Assembly (NCBI GenBank): GCA_965287045.1
Contig: OZ336885.1
Span: 63,488,001-63,552,000, forward strand
Length of the DNA stretch: 64,000 nt
Source of the DNA: Carcharhinus amblyrhynchos
Taxonomy: Eukaryota
Direction of reading: 5' to 3'
The notes beneath the pieces are model-generated. The model was not told the DNA's origin, searched no databases, and saw only the letters and a list, made by a program, of their open reading frames with translations. Positions 38,490 to 50,289 of this stretch are shown here, in pieces. A program made the translations under genes and the position numbers. Position 1 is the stretch's first letter; every line of letters starts with the position of its first letter.

Positions 38490-41400
38490 AACACCAAATG
38501 ATACGGCTCACCACTGGCACATGGAACGTGCGCACGCTTTTGCACAACCCTACTGCAGACAGACCAGAGAGAAGAACAGCCTTAGTTTCCAGGCAGCTTG
38601 CAAGATACAACACTGGGATTGCAGCCCTGTGCGAAAATTGTCTTGCTAACGTGGATCAGTAGACTGAACCTGGAGGTGGATACACTTGTTTTTTTTTTAT
38701 TCTTCTGGAGCGGTCGAGCTAGCGATGTGCGTCGTGATGCTGGAGTTGGATTCGCCGTCATGAGTCGACTTGTTCGGAAACTTGATTCTCTACCCAAGGA
38801 TGTGAACGACCTGCTTCTGACATTCCAGCTTCTGCTACAGAAGTCAAGCTACCCTGATCAGCGGCTATGCCACTACAATGAATAACCCGGACGAGATGAA
38901 AGACAAGTTCTACGAAGAACTAGACACCCTACTATCAGCAGTGAGCAGCAACTTCAAGCTGATCTTGCTTGGCGATTTCAATGTAGGTTGTGACTCTGCA
39001 ATCTGACAGGGAGTCACTGGGAGTCACAAAGTGGGCAAGTGTAACAGTAATGGCCTACTCTTAATGAAGACCTGTGCAGGCATGACTTCCTCATCACCAA
39101 CACAACGTTCCTTCTGCCTACCCATAATAAGACCTCCTGGGTGCATCCCCGGTCTAAGCATTGGCATTTTATCAACCATGTCATTATCAGGAGAAAAGAC
39201 AGGCAGGATGTCAGAGTGACGAAGACCATGCGTGGTGCTGACTGCTGGATAAATCACAGTCTGATTGTCTCCAAAACAAGGCTCCGCATCAGACGCAAGA
39301 GGTGACCACAAGGAAGCAAGGTTATGAAAAGAATCAATGCGGCCAAGCTACAGAGCCCCAGCATAGCTTCGGCAACTGCTGAAGACTTAGAAATCAAGCT
39401 TGCTGACCTACACCTCGCAGGCAACGCTAAGGACGTCTGGGAACGCTTCCAGGATGCCATCCATACATCAGCGCTGACGACGCTCGGGCCCTCTACCCGC
39501 AAGCAGCATGATTGGTTTGAGATGAATGATGAGGAGATACAGGGTCTACTCTGTGAAAAGCACCATCTTCATCGGGCCTTTCAGAACGACTCATCTTCAG
39601 CTGCCAAGAAAAATGTTTTTACCAATGCTCGCAGGACAGTCCCGAATAAATGCAGGATAACAGTCTGAGCAGATAAAATACAAGGATTTGCTGACAGAAA
39701 CGACTTGAAACTGCTCTATGAAGCCCTCAACACTCTCTATGGACCTCAGCCTCTTTGGAGTTTCCCCGCTCCTGAGTACAGATGGTACAACTGTCATTAC
39801 AGAGAAGGCTCAGATCCTGCATAGATGGGCTGGAAACTTTGAAGCCGTCCTCAACCGACCATCATCTATTAATGATGAGGCAATAGACCTGATTCTCCAG
39901 GTTGACATCAACAGGGCCATGGACGACCCACTGGTAGTAGCCAAAGTCACTAAAGCTGTCAGCCAGCTATCCAGTGGCAACGCCCCAGGGATAGATGTCA
40001 TACCCGCAGAGATCTATAAAACTGCTGGTCCTGCCCTTACGGTGAAGCTCGCTGAGTTGTTCCAGTCCTTTTGGAAGCAAGGATGTATTCCTCAGGAACT
40101 TAAAAATGCCTGCATTGTACACCTCTACAAGAGGAAGGGCAATGGCAAGTATGCAACAACCACTTGCAATCTCGCTGCTCTCCATCACAGGAAGAAAAAA
40201 AACCCTTGCAAAAGTGCTGCTAAATCGCCTGGTCACTCATCTGGTGCTCGGTTTGCTTCCAGTGTCACAGTGTGGCTTCCACACAGGTAGTGGGACGACT
40301 GACATGATTTTTGCTGCACGGCAACTTCAGGAGAAGTGACAGGAGCAGAATCGCGAGCTCTACACAACCGTTGTTGACCTCACGAAAGCCATTGACACTA
40401 TAAGCCGACAAGGCCTGTGGACGATCATGTCAATGTTCGACTGCCCCCACCCCCTCACCCCCAAATTCATTCACATCGTACACCAGTTCCATGATGGCAT
40501 GATTGTCAGATTACTGGATGGTGGAGAATCCTCTGAGGTATTCCCAGTCACCAATGGTGTCAAACAGGGGCGTGTGCTCGCACCCACACTTTTCAGCATG
40601 ATATTTACTGTCATGCTGAATGATGCCTTCCATGACAGTGTTGCTGGAATCAGCTTCAAATACAGAGTGGAAGGGAAGGTTTTCAACCTGAGGCGACTTC
40701 AAGCTATTAGCAAAGTGAAATAGACTGTTCCGAGAGATTTCCTCTTTGCCGATGACTGTGCCATGTATGTTGGCTCGGAGCCAGGGATGCAAGTCAGTAT
40801 GAACAGATTTTCCACGGCTTGTGTCAAATTTCGACTCACCGCCAGCATTAAACTGACCAAAGTCATGCACCAGCCAGCTCCTCATGCACCGTACACAAAA
40901 CACAGAATCACAATCAAAGTGCAGAAACTACAGACAGTGGAGCAGTTCACTTATCTTGGCAGCACCCTCTCCCAAGCCCTGACTATTGATGTAGAAGTTA
41001 ACTGCAAAATAGAAAAGGAAAGTTCTCCTTTTTGGTAGACTGCGTTCCACTGTGTGGAAACGTCGAGGAATCATCCCAGCAACAAAACTGAAGGTCTACA
41101 GCGCCGTGGTACTCACTACTCTCCTGTATGCCTGTGAAACGTGGACTGCGCATCGAAGGCATGCATGATAGCTCAATTATTTCCACATGACTTGTCTTCA
41201 CAGAATATTACACATCCCTTTCCAAGACAAAGTACCAGACATTGATGTTCTCTCAAGAGCAAGTCTACCATCAGTCCACACACTGCTGATGCGATTGCGG
41301 ACTCGGTGGGCAGGTCATGTCATCTGTATGTCACACGAGCGCATATCTAAGCAGTTCCATTTTGGGCACATCTCCTCTGGAAGACACTCTCATGGAGGGC

Positions 41401-41703
41401 AGAAGAAACGTTTCAAAGACAGACGCAAAGCTTCCCCGAATCGCGTGACTTTGACACGACCACCTGGGAAACACTGACACAAAACGGCCCTACCTTGCGC
41501 TGCCTCATCCGCAAAGGTTGTCAAGCTCACGAAGCAAGCTGCACTGCGGAAGCACAATTTAAGCGCGAGCTGCACACGTCCAGGGCCACCAGCGCAGTAA
41601 CTACAGTGTCTACACAAGTCTGTCCAGCATTTGCCAGGACTTTCCGTGCCCGATTTGGCCTGATCAGTCAAATTCGGACACACTGCAACCAGCCTCAAAA
41701 TGA
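38490..41703 (+). pseudogene. Disrupted RTE endonuclease-reverse transcriptase ORF
   Basis: Motifs across shifting frames: GTWNVRTL..RPERRTALV, GVGFAV, LLGDFN, APGIDVIPAEIYK, QCGF..GTTDMIFAARQLQEK, GVKQGRVLAPTLF, FLFADD, RWAGHV, GGQKKRFKD, and a C-terminal CPAFARTFRARFGLISQIRTH zinc-finger-like motif. Many frameshifts and stops. Confidence 0.9.
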
Positions 41704-43044
41704 CGAATGGTGTTGAGGTCCTCATCGATGACGATAGGGGGACAACAATTACAACAGGGGTTCCCAACTGCTGTATTCAATGTCCTACACAATTAAACCA
41801 AGCCTGTGTACCCGTGACTCAACTTTCAAGGAACTATAAATCTTTATTCCCAGGGTCTACTTGTTTTATAACTCTTCCCAATGTCACAAAGAAACTGAGC
41901 AGGCCCTGTCCAGATTCAATTACAAGAAATGCATTGCATTATATTTATCTAAATTAAAATCAATCTTTCATTCATTGGCCCACTTGCCCAATTCATGACC
42001 ATCCTTTCGCAATCCAAGTTGACATTCTGCCCTGTAGATTATACTACCAATTTTGGTGACAACTGCAAAGGAGGAAAACATGCCCCCAAAATTTCGCATC
42101 CAAAGCATTCGTATTAATAACAATTGCGGTGAACCTAGCACCAATCCTCGAGGTTCACCGCCAGAATGACTCTACATTTTGAAAATCAATTCTCCATAAC
42201 CAGCCTCTAGCCTCTGTCGTCAAAGCAATTTTGCATCCAGTTCGTTCCTTCACTCTTGATCCCGCGAGAATTCACCTCATGAAGAAACCTCACATAAAAC
42301 ACCACCCCACTGAGGCCTTGCTAAAATCCATGCAGTCAACTTCGCTTCCCTCGTTTACCTTCCTGGATATCCCCTCAGAAATTCAATCTAATTCATGAGA
42401 CATGATTTTCCACTCACATTGCCATGCTGACTGTCCATAATCACTCCTTGCAACTCTGAATGCCTGCAGGTTTTTTTCTCCTTCAGTTACAAGTGCATAT
42501 AATAGGCCCACCAGTGTGTTGTTCACACATGCTTCCACGCCACCCTTCTTAAGCAAAGTTAATACATTTACTACCTTCCAGCCATTAGGCATCTAACTTG
42601 TTACTGCTCATTATTCAAAATTATTTGCTAGTGGACCCACAATGTTTTCCCCACGCCACCTGCAACCTTCTGGGAATCATTTGATAAGAGCCCGGTGATT
42701 TATCGAATTTGATGTGTTTTAAGACTAACAAGCATACCTTTCTCAACATTAAATACCTCTTTAGCATCTCGAGTATCTCTTGTAGATTCACATTTTGCGA
42801 AGCATGTTGATCCTTAAGAGCCCTACACTTTCCCGAGTAAAGCTTTTATCCATTGTGCATTTTCAAATGTTCTTGGATTAATTTTGTTTTGGCTTTGTCT
42901 GTCAAAGCAATCCATGACCCCATTTTGCCATCCTCATTTCCCTCATATCTCTGCTCCAACAGCCTCTATATCATTTAGGGTATCTATTTGATCACAGTTG
43001 CCTATGTTTTTCATCTGTCTCCAAAATCTTTTTGAACAGTTCTT

Positions 43045-43417
43045 TTTTAAAATTATTGATTTTACGGGTTGTGGACGTCGCTGGCTTGCCCAGCATTTAT
43101 TCCCAATTCTTAAGCACCCTCCATTTCAAAGAGGATTTGAGACTCACCCACTTAGTTGTGGCTCTAGTGTCACATGCCAGTCAGAACAGGCAATGGTGTC
43201 AGATTTCCTTCCCTAAACACATTAGCGAAACAAACTTTGAGTTATGGCAATTGAAAATGTTTTCACGGTCATCATTGGGAATTAATTTTCAGATTTTTTT
43301 AAATGATTTTACATGTCACCGTCTGATATGGTGCGTTTCGAACATAGGACCCCAACGCATTCCCCGGGGTCTCTGAGTTACGAGTCCAGTGATAATACCC
43401 TCATGTCACTGCCTCCC
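43045..43417 (-). mobile_element. Deu-domain SINE (SacSINE1-type)
   Basis: Minus strand begins GGGAGGCAGTGACATGAGGGTATTATCACTGGACTCGTAACTCAGAGACCCC, contains TTTAGGGAAGGAAATCTGAC and ends AATAAATGCTGGGCAAGCCAGCGACGTCCAC, matching the recalled shark Deu-SINE layout. Confidence 0.75.
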
Positions 43418-45384
43418 TATAGTCTGAATATTCTGATCCATCCAGAATTCCCTCATTCTACAAGCCTTGCATTTCACGCTGATAAAATGCGTATACCCTG
43501 AGCGATGTTTAACAGATTTGGAAAGCCTCACTCTTAGCAGCCCTCCCTCTGCCTGGCAACAGACTCCTCCAATCAACTTTTGAGAGTCCTTGTCCAACAT
43601 CATTAGAATTGGCCTCACTCAAATTTGGAATGGTCACCATTGGAATGGAGCTAACCCTTCTGTCACCTGACCTCCTTATTTCCCAAGAAGTTTTCATTTT
43701 TTTTTGCCCCATCTTGTCGGCCCACCCACACATTGAATGAGAAAATCTTCTTGAATGGATTCAACATATTTCTCTCCATTCAAACCACAAATGATATGGA
43801 TGTTCAGTCATTGTTGGAAAATATAAATTTTCCTTCAATTACTGCAATATTATTCTTGTAACATTCTGTAATCTCCTTGAGCAGCGTTCCTCAATTTATC
43901 GCTGGGTATTTTCGGGAGGTGGACGGGGTTGGTGGTGGGGGTGGCGAAGTACAGTCCAATCAAATTGATCTCTCATTTTGTTTTCACTTCTACAAATATA
44001 GACTCATTGGGAGGCCTCTCGGATATATCGCCGCTCAGTGCACCCTGATGTTCTCTCGAATTAAAACCGTAACCCCCCTTCAACTTCAGCCTCCTGTTCT
44101 ATATTTCCAAGTGCAACAGTACCTTGAGACATTCAGCGGCAAGTTTTGTCCCTGATGTGGTCATGTTTCAGTACTTGCTCTATCATGTCAATCCCATGTT
44201 ACGATTCATGCCCCGAGTTCATCAGCCGTGCCCATCAGCCTTGTTGCGTTGAAATATATACAACTTAAACCAGACTTCCATTGCTCTCTGGACTGCTACC
44301 TCAAGGCAACCTGCTGTTTTTTTTTCTCCGTATAATCTGCCGATTTGTTTATTTGTTCATTCAGTTCGCCTTCTTGACCCTTTCAGTGAGTTACCATAAT
44401 CACAGTTTACCGGCCTGTGGCCTGTTTCGACTTTTAGCTTTGGTTTCTCAGCCCTTCTGTTTTCCATTTCTGCCCCTTTGTTTTATTCTCTCCACTTAAG
44501 TTTCCTCTGACTTCCTGTCGCTGTTTCCATCGCACTGCGTCATTAATTTAAACCATCCCCAAAAGCACTAGGAAACACTCCTCCTGGGACTTTGGATCCA
44601 GTCCTGCCTAAACCGCACGACTTGCGCTGGTCTCACCTCCCCACAACTACGTCCATGCCCCAGGAATAATAATCTCTTTCTCGTTCGCCATTCCCCAAGC
44701 CACGTTTCCATGCCAGTTTTCCTAACATCCTTAAGGTAACTCTCACGTGACACTGATTGCAATCCTAAGGTTACGTCATTTGATGTCCGACATTTTAATT
44801 TAACTCCTGGCTCCCTAAAATCAGATTGTGGGACCTCAACATTTTTTTTTTGTTTATTGTTTTGCCCATGTGGCTGATGCCTATTTGCAAACACAAACGC
44901 TGTCTCTGCACACCCAACTTCCAGAATGTGCTAGAGCTGCTGGGAGACAAACCTTGATCCTTGCACCAGGGTGTCTCGTTTTGCTTGCGGCCCTTATAAT
45001 CAAGTCTCTTTTTACATTAGTTCTGTCAATCCTTTCCATGTCCCTCTGTGCAACAGAGCCAGCCACGGAGCAATGAATCTGTCTACTTCCAACTTCCCCT
45101 TGTGAGAATACCTCACCAACATTATCCAAACCGTTATATCAGTTTAGGAGACTGATAATCTGTTTCCGAAGCAGGCGGGTTAATTAATTCGCTACCTCAA
45201 AATTTAGCTACATTTGCAGAATCGTAAAGTTAGAATCATATAGTTGCCGAACATTATCATAACTTTCCCACACTACATAAAGTGTATTCTCGCCAATCAA
45301 GTCTAAACCGACAGCAATCCACAAGCCATGTTACTATAACCTTATTATTTTATCCCAGCTTGTCACCTTAAAACTCAGTGACAG

Positions 45385-45700
45385 TTTAGCATGGCCTATC
45401 CACCTGACTTGCACATGTTTGGTCTGTAGCAGGCACCGGACGACTCCAATGAAACCCATGCAGATACGGGGAAAATATGTATACTATACACGGACAGTGC
45501 CTCAATCTCGGAATCGAACCCAAATCCCAGGCACTGCAACGCAGCACTGCTAATGAATGTGACACCCTGAATCTCCAGAAGAAGTTCATTTAGTCCACTG
45601 AGCTTGCAATAACAACAACCACACACAGGCCCAGTCCCTGTGTTTACACAGCTAATCCCCATATCTCTAAGGCCATTCAAGCTAACCCGCACCTCTTTGA
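45385..45700 (-). mobile_element. V-SINE (HE1-type) fragments
   Basis: Minus strand has a B-box GGGTTCGATTCC and V-domain CCCCGTATCTGCATGGGTTTC. A second tail-like piece lies at about 45620-45700. Confidence 0.7.
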
Positions 45701-46184
45701 AGAGTGAGTGGACACTTCTTAAAACTCACAAATTATAGCCCTTCCGTTCTCTATGCTTTATTTCCCTCCCTGTTCTCGATCTTATGACTGGAGCCTTCAC
45801 TATCATCTCACAAACTTTCTTGCATATCTCTAATTTCTATACAAGTTTGTCTTTATTTTGTCGACGTTTCCAACAGTTGATGGTCAATGTATTAGAGCGA
45901 TCAGTGCTTCAGAAAGAACACGATTTCAATATCTACTTACGGAGGGCTCCAGTGAATAAATTGCACCTCTTTACGTAGAAACTTCTTAGGGGTTTTCTTT
46001 GATATTAAGAATTAGTCTTTTGCAAAAAAAAAGTCAGGGCAGATGCCCAGAACGGCCACTACCAAGCACGTTTCTCCTTCAGGAAAAGGGCCTCAGTTTG
46101 ATAGAGATTTACATAAATGAACATTGACAAATATATGATAGGTTTCACAACCGTTAAATCCAACGTACTTCCATTCTTTCAGAC

Positions 46185-46260
46185 ATATATGGCGCTGCGT
46201 CTGCAAACTGACGTAGCGCATTGATACGCGCATGCGTTTACGTTTGTGCTATTGGTAAAT
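46185..46260. promoter_or_regulatory. Housekeeping-promoter-like motif cluster (CRE-like, NRF1, CCAAT)
   Basis: TGACGTA (46209), NRF1-type GCGCATGCGT (within 46226-46237) and ATTGG (46251) in a CpG-dense 75-bp patch. No transcript can be assigned. Confidence 0.35.
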
Positions 46261-49200
46261 CATAAGTATCATTGACCTCACAACAAAATATTGTGTGGGA
46301 ACACTTTCGTAGCAACGATTTAGGATGTTCAAAAGCAACTCCCTGTCATTTGTGTAACTCGGATATTGTTGGAGGAAAGCAGTCAGAACAATTTTCCCGT
46401 CGTTCGAAGAGTTCGCATTTCGCAAAACGTTCCCCCCTCCCTTCAGAATGTCGGTTGAAACCAGTTTCAACTGAAGAGATTAACCTGTATGTGTCTGAAG
46501 ACAATACACTTCTTAAAAGAAAAGTTTTACTTCGCTTACTTGACACTGTTAACAAAACTGCAACTGTCCCTGGATTTGTGTCTGCTCGCATTCAAGTTAA
46601 ATAATTTGCAACGATATTAGTAGTAATCTGTTTTGAAAGATGCCGCTCTCTTTGATTTTGGCTGCATCTTCTGAAAATAAGAACGTTTGCAGAAGTTTGG
46701 AAATACAGAGGAACAATTCTGAGAAACCAGTTCGACGAACATTGATAAATGACGTCTGTGATTTGTCTTGCTATTCCTGAAGTAGGTGTTGGGTTTTGCT
46801 GAGACAAGAACTATTGTGATTTATCATGTTCATCTATCAGGAGGAAATTACTGACATTGGCGCAGTTTCACCTCAGATTGACGAGATTTATGCCACTAAG
46901 GGCGTGATAGTTTGTACCTTTAAGGAGATATTCATGAGCCTCTGCCTTTATGTCTCAGAACATTCGGCTCGGTGTTCCCTGGGTGCCTTATGTTGTGAAA
47001 TGTTTTGGGATTGCACACTAGGCGACAATATTCAGTGACGTGCAGAGTAGTTTAATCAGGACACAAATATATCTGTAAAATAAAAAGTAAATGCGTTAAT
47101 CAGTTACGTTTCCCGCTAAGAAGCTGGTGAAAATAAGGGATCAGCCAAAAATTTAATTATCTCTACTGTCCATGCAGGAGGGACTAAGATGCCTGAAGCA
47201 CTTAACATCGAATTGTTTCGAAACACCAAATACCTTCTACTTTCTTTTTGAAATTGCTTTCTGTTCGTAAAGAAAATTTCACCATTTTAACATACTTTTA
47301 ATTAACTTTCCAAACAGTCTCGCAAGCAGATAAGTTTCTTATTAAAATTGGCATAGCATTTCCGACAAAGCATTTGCAACACATGAACAATAAAACGTAG
47401 ACAAAACTTTATTAGCAATGCACATAATTTTTTGGACTTTACAAACTTGTCAGGTCCGCCATATTGGATTCCACCACAGCACGCAACTCCCAATTTATCC
47501 CGCATATGGTAACATCATTTATAATCAGGCAGATTTTCAAATTAAAATACAAAAAAAAGTTTATGCCAAGTCCTCAGATATTACATTCACTCGAGGGATA
47601 CATCACAGTCTTCTAGAATATCAATTCGATTTGTCATTCAGCATATTGCACATATTGTGAACATGAACACAATCAATAGTTTCTTCCCTAACTTTAAATC
47701 ATCAGGGGAAAAACGTGCTATTTTCATTCATTTGTCTTTTTTTGTAATATTATATCCACCTCTAAGTTTATACATATAACCCACGTATTTCCATTAATTG
47801 TAGGTCGGCGCTATTAAAAGTAATGAAAATGTTTTCTCATTACTGTGAGATTTCAATCAATTCAGCTGCTAAGGTGAAAAAAAAATCATTATTTTCAACA
47901 ACACAATACATGACGCAGCTATCCTATTTTTAATTGTGCATCTATATTAATTTAGTTTTGACTGTGCATTTGTGAAAAGCCGTCCCACTGTTGAAAATGG
48001 TGGTTGACATTTACTATTTAGGTGTTTTGAAAAAAAAAGTGCCGGGACACGTCTTTCGAACTGGCCAGATAATGAGAAGAGGGAATGCTATAGTTTCCCA
48101 ATCTTTGCATTAACGTTGAGGGTTAATATTAACGGTATTGAACGTTCATGCTTCATTACATAAAATAGGCCTTGACTTTTGCATGTGCCTGAAGCACCGA
48201 CATCTATACTTAAATTGCAGTCCTACACAAATCTTTTATTTTGCCGCACACGCATCACTCCATAATGATCGACGACTTCGCATCAAATATTGATTAAACT
48301 TAAGATGTTATTAGTAAGTCCTTAATGCCTGGCCTGGTGTCTTAGCGTACAATTTGATGAACGTTGCTTCTGCGTAACGCTTTGCTTCCCACTGCCTCTA
48401 AACAGTACACTGCCCTCTTTGAATTACAAGTTACCATTTTGAGATTTTGTGGTAGGTTGCAGAAAACTGAACTCTTAGATGTCTAAATTCATTGCGATTT
48501 TCCTACCAGAGAAAAAGGTTTTGGTCGTTAGGCACATGAGCAAAAAGCAACCGAAATGTTGAATACTGACTAATTATCGAAAATATAAGGATTGTGCATG
48601 TTTCAATGAAGGGAACAGAGGACTCAGGAAACCAAAAGTAAGCACGAAAACAAATTCCTCGGAAGGGGTGAAAATGTCATGTCCAATGTCAGAAGCGAAC
48701 AAGTTAAGTTTGATATTGTTATCCCATGAATTACTAAAGATAAAACGTGATATTATGATAGCATGAACATGGCACAGAAGCCAGTGGTTTTGTGGAAAGT
48801 GCTGACCATTCCAAATCATTAGAAATACAGCAGGGCCACATGACTACTTCGCATGATGGAAGGTTAGCGCATTTCCGTGCACAGATAAAGCTCTATTACT
48901 CTACTTGTATTGAATATGTTCCAGGATACTGTCCAGCAATTGACGAAAACTGAGGTAAAAACAACCATGCTAAGGGGTATGATTGGAAACAAATAACCTC
49001 ATACAATATCACAAGATCAATATTTATTCCAAAATCTTTTTGAATTTTTCTCGGATTTATTGGTACACCCAATATCTTATAACATTTTCAGATATTTCTC
49101 TACACAGATTCATCGTGCTCTCATTAGTTTTCCCAGCACTTTCTCCGCCTACTCGTGTTTCTTACCTAATTCATTCAGGTCTTCTTGACACTTGGCGTGC

Positions 49201-50289
49201 TCTGCAATACGGGAAATACGAAATTAGATGTAATTTCCATTTCCTTGTGCAAAACAATTTGTCAACTTGAAAAACGCAGTCATGTGCATTTGTTGTATCT
49301 GCTACTAGAGAAGTCGGACATGGATTGTTAATTTCGTTAACAAAAAAAAAATATTGATTTCCTTGTTGTGTGGATAACATCTATTGACGAGATATCCAAT
49401 GGAAAGACAATTGGAATTTCCACGAAGATCAGGCACGGAGAGTTGCAAACAGGTGTTCGGGAAAAAATATCACAAACGGCAACATGTCTGACAAAGTTTG
49501 ATTTTAGTCTCCGTGCGCAAAGTCCCTTCAAATGAGGCGCATTTCAGCTTTAAAAAAAAATCGATCTAGGTTCATTGTCTGCGCCAGAAATACTCCAAAG
49601 AAGAATTCAAGCAATGATGGTCATAAATATAAACACCCAGTAATAACACATAGGATTTTACTGTCAGAGATTGAATAAGTGTGACGTTTCTGTATGTGGT
49701 CTTAGAGGGTAATCTGCAGATATATGCAGGCCACATATGGTTGCCTTTTCGGTATCGATTTGAGTTACTATCTTCTATATATTTTTTATACTTTCTCTGC
49801 AGAAACAGTTAAAAACAACGGTAATTTCACAACTCATCAGAATAAACAGTGCTAAATTCCCAGAATGAGACAGTAATACGTTTTATTCTTTTGTAGTTTC
49901 AACATATAAATAAAAATACATGATACCGAAATGCAACACCCGGTAAAATTTTGGTACCACTTGATAATGCTTGCATCAAAATAGGAACTTTGTAACTTTC
50001 ACTGTTCCATTTGTTTGAAGCAATTGTATCATAATGTATTATCCAAATTCATATTGTGACATGTATCATTGACTACAATGGATGTACAATTGGATTGCAA
50101 AGCCGTTATCATGTTTTTGCCACAATTTTCAACAATAATTCAGCTTTAATCATATTTGATAATCAATTCAGGTGCAGCAGCTGGCGATTAGCAATGAATT
50201 CATTTTCAGAGTTGGAATCAAACAGGGGATCAGTCAAGATTGGAAAATCCCCCTTCCACTGGGATGTGACGTTCCTAGCCGAAGAAACA

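Larger units (their letters stand above)
37536..41746 (+). mobile_element. Full-length RTE-clade (BovB-like) LINE with inverted 5' UTR
   Basis: 13-bp TSD AATTACAGCAGGG (37523-37535) / AATTACAACAGGG (41747-41759). Single EN-RT ORF remnant and an RTE-type short 3' end GTCCTCATCGATGACGATAGGGGGACAAC. Confidence 0.9.
37400..45150 (-). mobile_element. Old, largely complete CR1 LINE hosting the RTE and a Deu-SINE
   Basis: ORF1 SGNH remnant (RDLIIR..PGARIKV, 44881-45129) and ORF2 remnants (PNGWKVVNVLTLLKKG, 42383-42592). CR1 RT C-terminal sequence is continuous across the RTE insertion: ...CACAATATTCCACGTGTGCCCTCAGTTATGTTTTGTGT[TSD]GTTCCCAACTGCTGTATTCAATG. Confidence 0.75.
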
